Source: Faecousia sp. (GTDB lineage Bacteria; Bacillota; Clostridia; Oscillospirales; Oscillospiraceae). Taken from it: DNA of 64,000 nucleotides. Below are positions 1-9,064 of the stretch, in pieces. Under the pieces are notes generated by a model. The model was not told where the DNA came from. It did no database searches and saw only the letters and a list, made by a program, of their open reading frames with translations. The number at the start of each line of letters is the position of its first letter. Position 1 is the stretch's first letter. Location of the stretch: assembly GCA_045644345.1 (NCBI GenBank), contig JAZRGR010000225.1, positions 15,146-79,145 on the forward strand, given 5' to 3'. A program made the position numbers and the translations under genes.

Positions 1-2
1 TA

Positions 3-3000
3 GCTGCCATAAATGAATTACATGACTATGCAACTACATTGACCAAGACGGTTAACGGTGTTAGCCCAGATCCCGATACTGGAGATGTTCGTGTTATTGG
101 AGAAGACATTCATGCTTTTCCTGCCAATATTCCCGATTTTAAGGGGAGCGTAGACGATGCTCTGGACATCCTGGGTCTGGCAGTTTTCCATGGGCAATTA
201 GGAAACTTCAAGAGGGCACTGGAGAATTATGCTCGCACGGACGACATTTTAGGAATCCCTGTCTTGGATACTGCTGGTAAGAAGTACGGCAAGATGGCCA
301 TAATCGGAACCGAAGAGGAGATGAACGGAAAACAAAATTTCTTTGAGGTTCCCACGCTTAATACGGTAAAGAAGCTTTTATCCAATCTGAATACAGAACT
401 GTCTGGTGGTTTGGATTTTGATTCCGGCTACGTAGATCCCCAAGGGTACATCCATCTGACCTTGGGGGGTGAGGAGATCCCGGGCTTTACCCCCTTCTAC
501 ATCGGCTCGGCTTCCGAGGCTCCCGGGGATCTGCTGATCGAGGGAGACCGCCTGTACCTCAGCAAGGACGGGGAGCCTGTGGGAGAGGGCGTAGAGCTGC
601 CCAAGGGTGGAGGCACCGGCTCCGGCTCTGTTATGAAGCTGTTAAACGGTCTCGGTAGCAGTGCCTTCTCCCTCATGGACACCGCCAAGGAGGCTGTGAT
701 CCTGTATAGCTGGTCCTCGGTGGATGCGGAGGACGGGACCCCTACAGGTAAGGGCTCTGCATCCTGGTTCGTAGGAGACAGACGGGTTGCGACTCAGAGT
801 GTGGAGCAGGGAGAGTGCTCCTTTGACATCCTGCCCTACTTAGAGACAGGTGTTGCTAATACGGTGAAGCTGACCCTTGAGGATGCATACGGCACCGTAC
901 GCAGCCGCATATGGACGGTGACGGTGATCTCCTTCGGCCTAAGCTGGGACTTAGAGCAGATGGACAGCCACCCCTCTGCACCTATGTCTGTGCGCTTCAT
1001 CCCTACGGGCATGGGGGATAAGACCCTGCGGCTGTATATTGACGATCGGGAGCACCATGTACAGACCGTTGCCTCTACGGGGCGGACAGTGACCGTGGAC
1101 ATCCCTGCACTGCCTCACGGAGTGCATAGGATCACAGCCACTCTGGAACTGGTAGCAGAGGGGCAGACGGTGACGACAGATCCCTTGACCCACGTGGGCA
1201 TCTGGCATGAGGAGAGCAGTACCGAGGCAGTGGTCGCCTTCTATGACACCGCAGTAGAGGTAGCGCAGTATGCTACTGCAGGGATCGCCTATCTGGTCTA
1301 TGACCCCGTGATCGAGAATGCAGCCATCACCCTATACGACAATGGAGCAGAGGTTCGTAATCTCACTGTTGGACGGGGGATGCAGATCTGGGCTTACCGC
1401 CCCACTGCAGAGGGGCAGACCACCCTGCAGATCGCAGTGGATCATACCGATGCGCGGGCATCCCTTCCTGTGACAGTAACAGCCCTGGGCTATGATATCG
1501 CTCCCGTAAGTGCAGGGCTCCTGTTAGAGTGCAACCCTGCAGGTCACTCCAACGCTGAGACGGATCGGGAGTCCTTCGGCTACACTGACGGACAAGGGCA
1601 GAATCACCCCTTTGTGTTCTCACCGGGCTTTGACTGGGTGAGCGGAGGCTTCCGACAGGATGATGAGGGGATCACCGCTCTTGTCATTAAGAGGGGCACC
1701 TCCGTAACCTTAGACCGTAGCTTCTTCCAGGGGGATGCGACCTCCTCGGGCAGGGAGATCAAGCTGATCCTTAAGGTAACAAACTGCCGGGACTACGAGG
1801 CCCGGTTCTTACATTGTTATGATGCGCCCGTGGGTCTGGTGCTGAGAGCACAGGAGGGAGTTCTGTCCTCGGAATCCCAGAGCCTTACCATTCCCTACTG
1901 TGAGGAAGAGAAGTTAGAGATCGATCTGAACATCGAAGCCCTTAAGGAGCACCGTCTTGCAACAGTCTGGCTCAGTGGCATACCCTCCGGGGTCTTTGTC
2001 TACGGGACAACGGATGCCTGGGTGCAGAGCAATCCCGATCCCGTAGTCATTGGCTCTGAGGACTGTGACGTGTGGCTGTACGGTCTGCGGATGTACGGCA
2101 ATTCCCTGACCTTGCAGGACATCCTTGCAAACTACATTGCAGACGCAGGGACTACCGAGGAGATACTTGCACGGTATGAGCGGAACGACATCTATGCCGC
2201 CAACGGCTCACTCAGCCTGTCTAAGCTCCGTGACAACAACCCGGATCTGCGGATCCTCCATATCTCAGCCGGGGACATGACCACGGGGAAGGAGCATGAG
2301 GTAAGCTGCTCAGTTGACTTAGATCATAAGAACGGCAAGGGTTTTACTGCGTCGGGCGTCATTATGAAGGCACAGGGCACCTCCTCCCTGGAATACGGCA
2401 TGGCGGCTCTCAATTTAGACTTGGACTTCTCCTCAGCCAAGTGGACAGATGACAAGGGGGAGACCATCACCGCCTTCTCTATGGCAGAGGCCGCTGTCCC
2501 TGTGAACTACTTTAACATCAAGCTCAACGTTGCCTCCTCAGAGAATGCCAACAACGTCTGCTTAGCTGAGGAGTACAACCGCCACAATCCCTACCGCTCC
2601 ATGCCTCGTGAGGATCACCCTGCGATCCGTGACACCGTAGAGGGACACCCCTGCGCCGTTTTCCTCACCAACACAGGAAGCAGGACTATGACCGTAGGCG
2701 CCCGTTCTCTCCTGCCCGGTGAGACCATGCTCTACGGCTGTGGGGATATGAACAACAGCAAGAAGAACTTTGCCGTCTTCGGCCAGGATAACAGCACCTA
2801 TCCCAAGCAGTGCTGTATCGAGATCCTCAACAATAACAACGCTCCCTGCCGTTTCAAGTCCGACGATCTTACTACCGAGACTTGGGACGGGGCAGAGGGA
2901 ACCTCCAACTTTGAATTCCGCTACCCCAAGAACCCTACACAGGAGATGAAGGACAGCTTCCGAGCACTCCTATCCTGGGTGGTCTCCACCGATCCCACAC

Positions 3001-5684
3001 AGGCAACGGGTCAGACCCTCCCCAGACCTGCACAGTACGCAGGTCGTACCTACAACACAGACACCGGGGATTACCGCAGGGCTAAGTTCAGAGCAGAGCT
3101 TGCAGAGTACTTTGCAGTAGACTCCCTCTTGTTCCACTACCTCTTTACGGAGTACCATCTCATGGTGGACAACCGTGCCAAGAACACCTTCCTGTCTTAC
3201 GAGTGGGACAAGGGAGCAGGGAAGTACCTGTGGAACTTTAACAAGGACTACGACAACGACACTGCGGCAGGCACGGACAATTCAGGCGGTCTCAGCTTTA
3301 CCTACGGCATGGAGGACACGGACAGTGTCGGGGCGCAGAAGGTCTTTAACGCCTGGGATTCCGTCCTGTGGTGCAATCTCCGTGACCTCTTTGCCCCGGA
3401 GCTTAAGACCATGTACCACAGTCTGGAATCTCAGAAGGTATGGGACAGGGAGCGGATCTTAGAGGTTTTCCGCACCTACCAGAGTGCAAGGCCGGAGATC
3501 CTGGTAGCCGAGGATATGTGGGCTAAGTACTTTACCCCCTACATTCACGGAGGGGAGAGACGGTATCTTGCTATGGCACAGGGGAACAAGACCCTCCAGA
3601 GAGCCGCCTTCTACCGTTACAGACAGAGCTACATGAGCTCCAAGTATGACAGCCCCTTCGCCCTGTCCGATTCCCTATCCTTGAGAGCCAATGCAGTATC
3701 CGATCTGTCTGTGACCCTGTATTCCGATGCCTATGCCCATGTACGCTTCGGTAACGCAGGCTCCGTCAAGGTAAGGGGCAAGCGAGGGGAGTCTATCCCC
3801 ATCCCCTGCAAGGCAGATACGGCAAACGACTTGGAGACCTACCTGTATTCTGCAGGCAGTATTTCCGTCTTAGGAGACTTAAGCGGTCTCATGGCTGATC
3901 AGATCGAGCTGAACTCAGCAGTCAAGCTGCGGAACCTGCCCTTGGGCAGTGGGGATCCGGGCTATGGCAACGAGGATCTGACCCAGCTCAGCTTCGGCAC
4001 CATTACGGCTCTGGAGTCTATTGATCTGCGTGGCTTAAGTCGCCTGTCCGGGGCTGTGGATCTGACCCAGTTCGACGGACTGAGGGAGCTGCTGGCATCG
4101 GGCAGCGGTATCAGCGGTGTGATCCTTGCACCTAACTGCCCCATAGAGACTCTGGATCTGCCACCTGTGGGAACTCTGGTTCTACGGGGACACAGACAGC
4201 TTAGCCGGGTGTACCTTGACACCCATAAGCTGCAGAACCTCCGTCTGGAGGACTGTCCCCATATGGACAGCATGGATCTGTGCCGCAATGCCCCTTCTCT
4301 GCAACGGGGCAGAGTGACGGGGGTATCCTGGCAACAGGCAGATGCAGACCTCCTGCTGAGGCTGTCGAAGCTGTCGGGCTACGATGGTGAGGGACTGCCT
4401 ACGGACACCTTTGTGCTTACAGGCAGGGCTCATGTGCCTGCTGTGTGTGAGGAGGAGCTGGAGAGCCTGCATCGAGCCTTCCCTAATTTAGAGCTGACCT
4501 ATGATACTGTGGTTCCCGGTTACACCGTGACCTTCTGTGGGGCGGACGGGTCGGTTCTGTATACTTGCAGGATCCGTCACGGAGGGGTTTGCCCCGATCC
4601 CGTAGCAGAAGGCAGGATCCCCACACCCACAATGGCATCCACAACGGAGCATTCCTTCCGTTACGTGGGCTGGGATCTGCTGCCGGAGACTATTACGGGG
4701 GACGTAACTGTGACAGCCCTCTTTGCTCCCTTTGTGCGGTGGTACAAGGTTCGATGGTTCAACGGTAGTCAGCTCCTCCAGGAGGATGTGGTGGAGGTAT
4801 ATGATTCCGTCTCCTACAAGGGGCAGGATCTCCGTTCCGACACACCGGGTGTCATCTGGATCGGATGGGATAAGGATCAGCAGGAGCTGGACGCAGTGAC
4901 GAGGGATATGGATGTACACGGGGTATACCTGTATCCTCGTCTCCCCGACGGTATAAAGATACAGTATGACTATCTCTACTCAGACGATCCCGGGGATTTC
5001 AGTGCCTACAGTCTTGCAGAATTCTATGGGATCATCCACGGAGGGGTGGCACAGGAGTACTTCAACATCGGAGACAAGGTTAAGCTCAAGCTCCGCTCTT
5101 CTGCGGTAACGGATACGGAGATCATACTGCAGGTCTACGGCTTCCGCCAGTATGAATGCGCCGGAGAGGTGGGCGGCTGTGCCCAGGTGGTCTTTGGAAT
5201 GGTGGGTGTTATGGATCAGAATATGAAGATCATGAGTACAAGCGATAACGTCGGCGGCTGGAAGGCATCCGGCATCCGAGCCTTTCTGAACGATACCCTC
5301 TATTCAACACTGCCGATCCACTGGCGCGGAATGATCAAGACGGTAGAGGTCCGATCCTCTGTAGGTGGCCAGTCCGGTGAGATCCAAATGACCGAGGACA
5401 AGCTCTTCCTCTTTGCGTACAGTGAGCTGTTTAACTCTAAGGTACAGCCTTATTCCAATGAGGTTGCAAGGATAGAGGACTTGCCCTATACACTCTTTAC
5501 GGATAGCACATCCCGTATCAAGAATAAGTATAACGGTACAGGTGGAGCCGCCCGTTATTGGACACGGAGTCCCGATGCAGGTGACTCTATTCGATATATG
5601 CTGGTGGGACCTAACGGCAGTACGGATTGGCAGAACGCACCGGCAGGGAATGCCGCTGGTATTGCCTTCGGCTTCTGTATCTAA
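3..5684 (+). CDS. Very large phage tail/minor structural protein, 5'-partial. Contains a CotH-kinase-like central region, leucine-rich repeats, InlB-B-like repeats and a DUF6273-like C-terminal domain
   Basis: The frame is open from base 3 (AAINELHDY..., a tail-fibre-like AAINEL motif), so the TTG at 39 is not the true start. Motifs: KAQGTSS, WNFNKDYDNDTAAG, LESIDLRGL-type repeats, YTVTFCGADG...FRYVGWD, C-terminal DKLFLFAYSELF...YWTRSP...GIAFGFCI. Confidence 0.8.
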   Translation, partial: AAINELHDYATTLTKTVNGVSPDPDTGDVRVIGEDIHAFPANIPDFKGSVDDALDILGLAVFHGQLGNFKRALENYARTDDILGIPVLDTAGKKYGKMAIIGTEEEMNGKQNFFEVPTLNTVKKLLSNLNTELSGGLDFDSGYVDPQGYIHLTLGGEEIPGFTPFYIGSASEAPGDLLIEGDRLYLSKDGEPVGEGVELPKGGGTGSGSVMKLLNGLGSSAFSLMDTAKEAVILYSWSSVDAEDGTPTGKGSASWFVGDRRVATQSVEQGECSFDILPYLETGVANTVKLTLEDAYGTVRSRIWTVTVISFGLSWDLEQMDSHPSAPMSVRFIPTGMGDKTLRLYIDDREHHVQTVASTGRTVTVDIPALPHGVHRITATLELVAEGQTVTTDPLTHVGIWHEESSTEAVVAFYDTAVEVAQYATAGIAYLVYDPVIENAAITLYDNGAEVRNLTVGRGMQIWAYRPTAEGQTTLQIAVDHTDARASLPVTVTALGYDIAPVSAGLLLECNPAGHSNAETDRESFGYTDGQGQNHPFVFSPGFDWVSGGFRQDDEGITALVIKRGTSVTLDRSFFQGDATSSGREIKLILKVTNCRDYEARFLHCYDAPVGLVLRAQEGVLSSESQSLTIPYCEEEKLEIDLNIEALKEHRLATVWLSGIPSGVFVYGTTDAWVQSNPDPVVIGSEDCDVWLYGLRMYGNSLTLQDILANYIADAGTTEEILARYERNDIYAANGSLSLSKLRDNNPDLRILHISAGDMTTGKEHEVSCSVDLDHKNGKGFTASGVIMKAQGTSSLEYGMAALNLDLDFSSAKWTDDKGETITAFSMAEAAVPVNYFNIKLNVASSENANNVCLAEEYNRHNPYRSMPREDHPAIRDTVEGHPCAVFLTNTGSRTMTVGARSLLPGETMLYGCGDMNNSKKNFAVFGQDNSTYPKQCCIEILNNNNAPCRFKSDDLTTETWDGAEGTSNFEFRYPKNPTQEMKDSFRALLSWVVSTDPTQATGQTLPRPAQYAGRTYNTDTGDYRRAKFRAELAEYFAVDSLLFHYLFTEYHLMVDNRAKNTFLSYEWDKGAGKYLWNFNKDYDNDTAAGTDNSGGLSFTYGMEDTDSVGAQKVFNAWDSVLWCNLRDLFAPELKTMYHSLESQKVWDRERILEVFRTYQSARPEILVAEDMWAKYFTPYIHGGERRYLAMAQGNKTLQRAAFYRYRQSYMSSKYDSPFALSDSLSLRANAVSDLSVTLYSDAYAHVRFGNAGSVKVRGKRGESIPIPCKADTANDLETYLYSAGSISVLGDLSGLMADQIELNSAVKLRNLPLGSGDPGYGNEDLTQLSFGTITALESIDLRGLSRLSGAVDLTQFDGLRELLASGSGISGVILAPNCPIETLDLPPVGTLVLRGHRQLSRVYLDTHKLQNLRLEDCPHMDSMDLCRNAPSLQRGRVTGVSWQQADADLLLRLSKLSGYDGEGLPTDTFVLTGRAHVPAVCEEELESLHRAFPNLELTYDTVVPGYTVTFCGADGSVLYTCRIRHGGVCPDPVAEGRIPTPTMASTTEHSFRYVGWDLLPETITGDVTVTALFAPFVRWYKVRWFNGSQLLQEDVVEVYDSVSYKGQDLRSDTPGVIWIGWDKDQQELDAVTRDMDVHGVYLYPRLPDGIKIQYDYLYSDDPGDFSAYSLAEFYGIIHGGVAQEYFNIGDKVKLKLRSSAVTDTEIILQVYGFRQYECAGEVGGCAQVVFGMVGVMDQNMKIMSTSDNVGGWKASGIRAFLNDTLYSTLPIHWRGMIKTVEVRSSVGGQSGEIQMTEDKLFLFAYSELFNSKVQPYSNEVARIEDLPYTLFTDSTSRIKNKYNGTGGAARYWTRSPDAGDSIRYMLVGPNGSTDWQNAPAGNAAGIAFGFCI

Positions 5685-5707
5685 GCCGGGCAGAAAGGAG
5701 TGAAGAA

Positions 5708-6106
5708 ATGCTATACTTGAAGCGAATAGACCTTGACCTCCAACCCCACTACGCTATAGAGGCGCCTATCTATGTACGGCGGCAGAGCAACGCTGTGGTA
5801 GTCCGTGTAGACAGCGCTGCTCTGGCACAGGGGGTGGTCAGCCCCGATGGAGGGCAGATCTGGCAGCTTGTGGGCAGAGCCTCTTTAGGCGAGGGGTACC
5901 CTACGGTACAGATCATTACCTGCGCCGAGTATGAACAGTGGCTGTATCAATCGGAGAATGCGCCGGACCCGGAGGATACGGACCCGGCGATTCCCGAGGG
6001 GGTTGATCCTGCAACTATCCTCACCCGTGCGGAACTCACGGAACGGGTGAGCGAATTGGATGAGGCTCTCCACATGCTGTTATCGGGGGTGACGGAGGAT
6101 GAATAA
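5708..6106 (+). CDS. Phage hypothetical protein (tail-associated)
   Basis: RBS GAAAGGAG before ATG 5708 (better than the ORF-track start at 5627). Directly follows the tail gene. Confidence 0.7.
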   Translation: MLYLKRIDLDLQPHYAIEAPIYVRRQSNAVVVRVDSAALAQGVVSPDGGQIWQLVGRASLGEGYPTVQIITCAEYEQWLYQSENAPDPEDTDPAIPEGVDPATILTRAELTERVSELDEALHMLLSGVTEDE

Positions 6107-6287
6107 GGAGCTGAAGGAAAAGATCTTTACCTTTAACCGATTAGCTAAGGAGCGAAGTGAAAAGGCTTCCGATATGGATGTCCTCGTAGCTGAGCTCCTA
6201 CAGCTCCCTCCCGGACAGCTCAAGAAGGTGCTGACGGAGCCTGTTCTGCAGGTACTGGCTAAGTATGGTTACGAGGGAGGAGGTTGA
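6099..6287 (+). CDS. Small phage hypothetical protein (62 aa)
   Basis: GGAGG RBS; overlaps both neighbours, consistent with translational coupling. Confidence 0.7.
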   Translation: MNKELKEKIFTFNRLAKERSEKASDMDVLVAELLQLPPGQLKKVLTEPVLQVLAKYGYEGGG

Positions 6288-6688
6288 TTGACGTGAGCTT
6301 TTTAACAACCTTCCTGTGTGGCGCCGGTGGAGTTGCTTTTGTATCTGGTCTCTTTGCACTGCTGCAATGGTGGCTCAACCGTAGAGCTAAGAAGCAAGAC
6401 AACAGCCAGGCTACCAAGACGGCGAACTGCGAAGCCAGAGGTCAGGAGATCAAAGAGCTGACCCGCATGGTAGAAGTGTTATGCCTTGCGGATCGGACGA
6501 TCCTCTATGACCGAATTAAGCATCTCGGCAAGTCCTACATAGCCAAAAAGTTCATCACCGTGGAGGAGCTTGAGGATCTGGAACGAATGCACAGTGTCTA
6601 CCACGATGAGGACAAGTTGAACGGTAACGGCTTCTTGAAGGAACTTATGGAAGCAGTCAGAGCATTGCCTAAGCGGGTCAATCAGTAA
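6284..6688 (+). CDS. Phage membrane protein of the lysis region (N-terminal TM helix, LNGNG motif)
   Basis: GGAGG RBS; hydrophobic FLCGAGGVAFVSGLFALLQWW; the C-terminal Y..Y...NGNG pattern is typical of proteins next to holins. Confidence 0.65.
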   Translation: MIDVSFLTTFLCGAGGVAFVSGLFALLQWWLNRRAKKQDNSQATKTANCEARGQEIKELTRMVEVLCLADRTILYDRIKHLGKSYIAKKFITVEELEDLERMHSVYHDEDKLNGNGFLKELMEAVRALPKRVNQ

Positions 6689-6804
6689 ACCGCACTGAGC
6701 AATTATATACATAGATGTTCGTTATGCGTGTATTTTGGCACTTTTTATTTGCTAACGTGCATCTTTTGCAAAAATATGAATGATAACAAGGAGGAACAAT
6801 CGAA

Positions 6805-7005
6805 ATGAAGAATTGGAAGATTTGGGCAAAGGCTGCCGGTATTCGTGCCCTTAAGACCTTTGCACAGACCATGGTAGGTGTGATCGGTGCTTCTGCCCTG
6901 ATCACCGAGGTAAATTGGCAGACGGTCCTGTCCTCTGCAGCACTGGCAGCTCTGCTGAGTCTGCTGACCAGCGTGGCAGGTCTGCCGGAAGTAAAGGAGG
7001 AATAA
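6805..7005 (+). CDS. Holin, Dp-1-like family
   Basis: 66 aa, two TM segments, AAGIRALKTFAQT...VNW...LLSLLTSVAGLPEV signature; AAGGAGG RBS. Confidence 0.85.
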   Translation: MKNWKIWAKAAGIRALKTFAQTMVGVIGASALITEVNWQTVLSSAALAALLSLLTSVAGLPEVKEE

Positions 7006-7008
7006 GAC

Positions 7009-7740
7009 ATGAGCAAATATCCTGTTCAGTGTGATGCCCAGATCCGGGCTAAGGAGATCGTCCTCGACTATACGAGAAAGCACCTTGATCCTGCCAGTAA
7101 CATTGAGATCAGCATGGATGATGTGTTTGTCGTGTGGTTCTGCAAGACCCTACACCATGCAAAGGTACTGGTCTCTACCACCCTGCCCGATGGGATGTAC
7201 TACGAAGTTACCTTCAACGGCGTTAAGGGAGAAATCTACCTCGATGCCTATAAGAAGTTCGAGAATGTCTGTATTACTGTGGAGGAGAATCCCAACGATG
7301 AGGGCTACCGTGTGATCTATCCTGACGGATATGTTAGCTGGAGCCCGAAGGAGGTCTTCGAGAACGCATGCCGTGAGATCGGCGAGGTGGATGAACTCAG
7401 AATGCCGTTGCTCACCACCAAGCACACCAGAGTGTTTGTGGAGAGTGAGTTCTCCAACAATGCTCCGCACAACTACTTTGTCGCAAGAGCAGAGGACGGT
7501 CGTGGTCTGTGCCACATCCACTTCCAGGAAGGGCCTATCAAGGAATGCGGTGTCAACGGAGTCTGTGACGAAGATCTGATCAATATGGTCATTGACCGTA
7601 TGGAACATTTTCAGAACAGCCCCTTTGCCTGCCGGGAAAATGCTTTGGCGATTACCGCACTGGAGGAGGCTCTGCTGTGGCTCCGCAAGCGCACCATGGG
7701 CAGAGAACAGCGTGGCGTAGAAGGCACCCACATCGTATAA
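7009..7740 (+). CDS. Multi-domain putative anti-defence protein: DUF6275-like N-domain, YPDGYxSWSPK motif and Tad1-like C-domain
   Basis: The C-terminal ~110 aa (HIHFQEGP...GVCDEDLINMVIDRMEHFQNSPFACRENALAITALEEALLWLRKRTMGREQRGVEGT) match my recollection of the Tad1 pattern FQxG...GV.D.DL...V.DRL..FQ.GPF..REN..A.T..EEAL.W...R...R..R.V.GT. Confidence 0.75.
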   Translation: MSKYPVQCDAQIRAKEIVLDYTRKHLDPASNIEISMDDVFVVWFCKTLHHAKVLVSTTLPDGMYYEVTFNGVKGEIYLDAYKKFENVCITVEENPNDEGYRVIYPDGYVSWSPKEVFENACREIGEVDELRMPLLTTKHTRVFVESEFSNNAPHNYFVARAEDGRGLCHIHFQEGPIKECGVNGVCDEDLINMVIDRMEHFQNSPFACRENALAITALEEALLWLRKRTMGREQRGVEGTHIV

Positions 7741-7753
7741 GGAGGAGTGAGCT

Positions 7754-8551
7754 ATGAGAAAGCTGAAAATTTGCCTTGATCCGGGGCATGACGAGGGCTA
7801 CAATCCTTCACCGTGTGGCTTTGGATATGCAGAGGGTACGCGGATGTTTTTCTTTGCCGGGATGCTTAAGGCGGCACTGGAACAGTACGGTATCGAAGTT
7901 GTAACAACTCGCAGTCGCGTAGAGGCTAACCCCGATCTGCTTCAGCGTGCGCAGTATGGCAAGGACTGCGATTTGCTTCTGAGCCTGCACAGTAACGCCG
8001 TAGGCAATGAGGCAAACGAGAACATAGACTATGTGCGTGTTTACTATCCCATTTCGGGCAAATGCAGGGATCTGGCTTCTTTGCTCTCAAATACGATTGC
8101 TGATGTTATGCAGACGAATCAGAATCCGCAGTATCTGACACGCATCAACAGCACCGGCACAGCAGACTACTACGGCATTATCCGCCATTCGGCGACCCTC
8201 GGCGTGCCTGCACTCATTTTGGAGCATAGCTTCCACACCCACTCGCGTAGCACGCAGTGGCTGATGTCCGATGTAAATCTGTTCGCTTTGGCAAAGGCCG
8301 AGGCAAAGACCATTGCAGACTATTACGGTCTGCAGAAAATAAAAGAGGAGGAAAGCGAAATGCGCTATAACACCCTTGCTGATCTCAAGGCAGACCCCAA
8401 CAGCCGGTTTTATCTGCCCACCGTAGAAAAGCTGATCGAGAAGGGTTATCTGAACGGAAAGGGCGGTACCGGAGAGGATCTGATCCTGGACTTTTCCGAG
8501 GATTCCATCCGCATCCTCGTCACCCTTGACCGGGCTGGGGTTTACGACTAA
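7754..8551 (+). CDS. Endolysin, N-acetylmuramoyl-L-alanine amidase (Amidase_3) with a C-terminal wall-binding domain
   Basis: LDPGH...E, LSLHSNA and ILEHSFH zinc-amidase motifs; downstream of the holin. Confidence 0.9.
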   Translation: MRKLKICLDPGHDEGYNPSPCGFGYAEGTRMFFFAGMLKAALEQYGIEVVTTRSRVEANPDLLQRAQYGKDCDLLLSLHSNAVGNEANENIDYVRVYYPISGKCRDLASLLSNTIADVMQTNQNPQYLTRINSTGTADYYGIIRHSATLGVPALILEHSFHTHSRSTQWLMSDVNLFALAKAEAKTIADYYGLQKIKEEESEMRYNTLADLKADPNSRFYLPTVEKLIEKGYLNGKGGTGEDLILDFSEDSIRILVTLDRAGVYD

Positions 8552-8596
8552 TTAACCATTAAACACCCTATCGAGAATATATCCACATCTATGTTT

Positions 8597-8648
8597 AAAA
8601 GCACTCTCTGCAGGAATTAACTTCTGCGGAGAGTGCTTTTTCTTTTTT
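8597..8648 (+). terminator. Intrinsic terminator after the endolysin
   Basis: AAAAGCACTCTCTGCAG / CTGCGGAGAGTGCTTTT stem followed by a T-run. Confidence 0.8.
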
Positions 8649-8859
8649 GAAAAATGAAAGTAACTGAGGGGGTCTGTGTTGTACACTGAGATAGAACAGT
8701 TAACGACATAGGGTTATACTGTTGCTACCTAAAGAACTCTGTTGAAGAGATAAGAAACTTTGCTGACCTGCTATGAGGACTGATATTTCCATTGCAGTAC
8801 CTTTCGTGTTTTGATATGGAGTTCTCCTGAATTTTTCCAAAGAAGGGAGGAATGTTTCT

Positions 8860-8976
8860 ATGTGGATCTATTCTCGATACATAACAAAGAACGGCAAACG
8901 CATTTATCCGAAAAAAGCTCGTTGTTTCCGATTCTGGGTCGATGACATTAAGGATGTTTCCGGGAAGAGAAAATAA
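8860..8976 (+). CDS. 38-aa basic small protein MWIYSRYITKNGKRIYPKKARCFRFWVDDIKDVSGKRK (not in the ORF track)
   Basis: Strong RBS AAGGGAGG 9 nt before ATG 8860; hairpin CAAAGGGCGA/TCGCCCTTTG (8987-9013) after the stop. Confidence 0.65.
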   Translation: MWIYSRYITKNGKRIYPKKARCFRFWVDDIKDVSGKRK

Positions 8977-9064
8977 TATAGATAAACAAAGGGCGATGTC
9001 AGCTCGCCCTTTGCCTGATATAAGAGGGGAGTCATAAATTTAATGAAATAATAGTCTATTGATA

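Noticed and set aside
6689-6804. Internal promoter in the AT-rich gap before the holin that could express the sponge gene in lysogens
   Set aside because: No -35/-10 pair with acceptable spacing could be identified.
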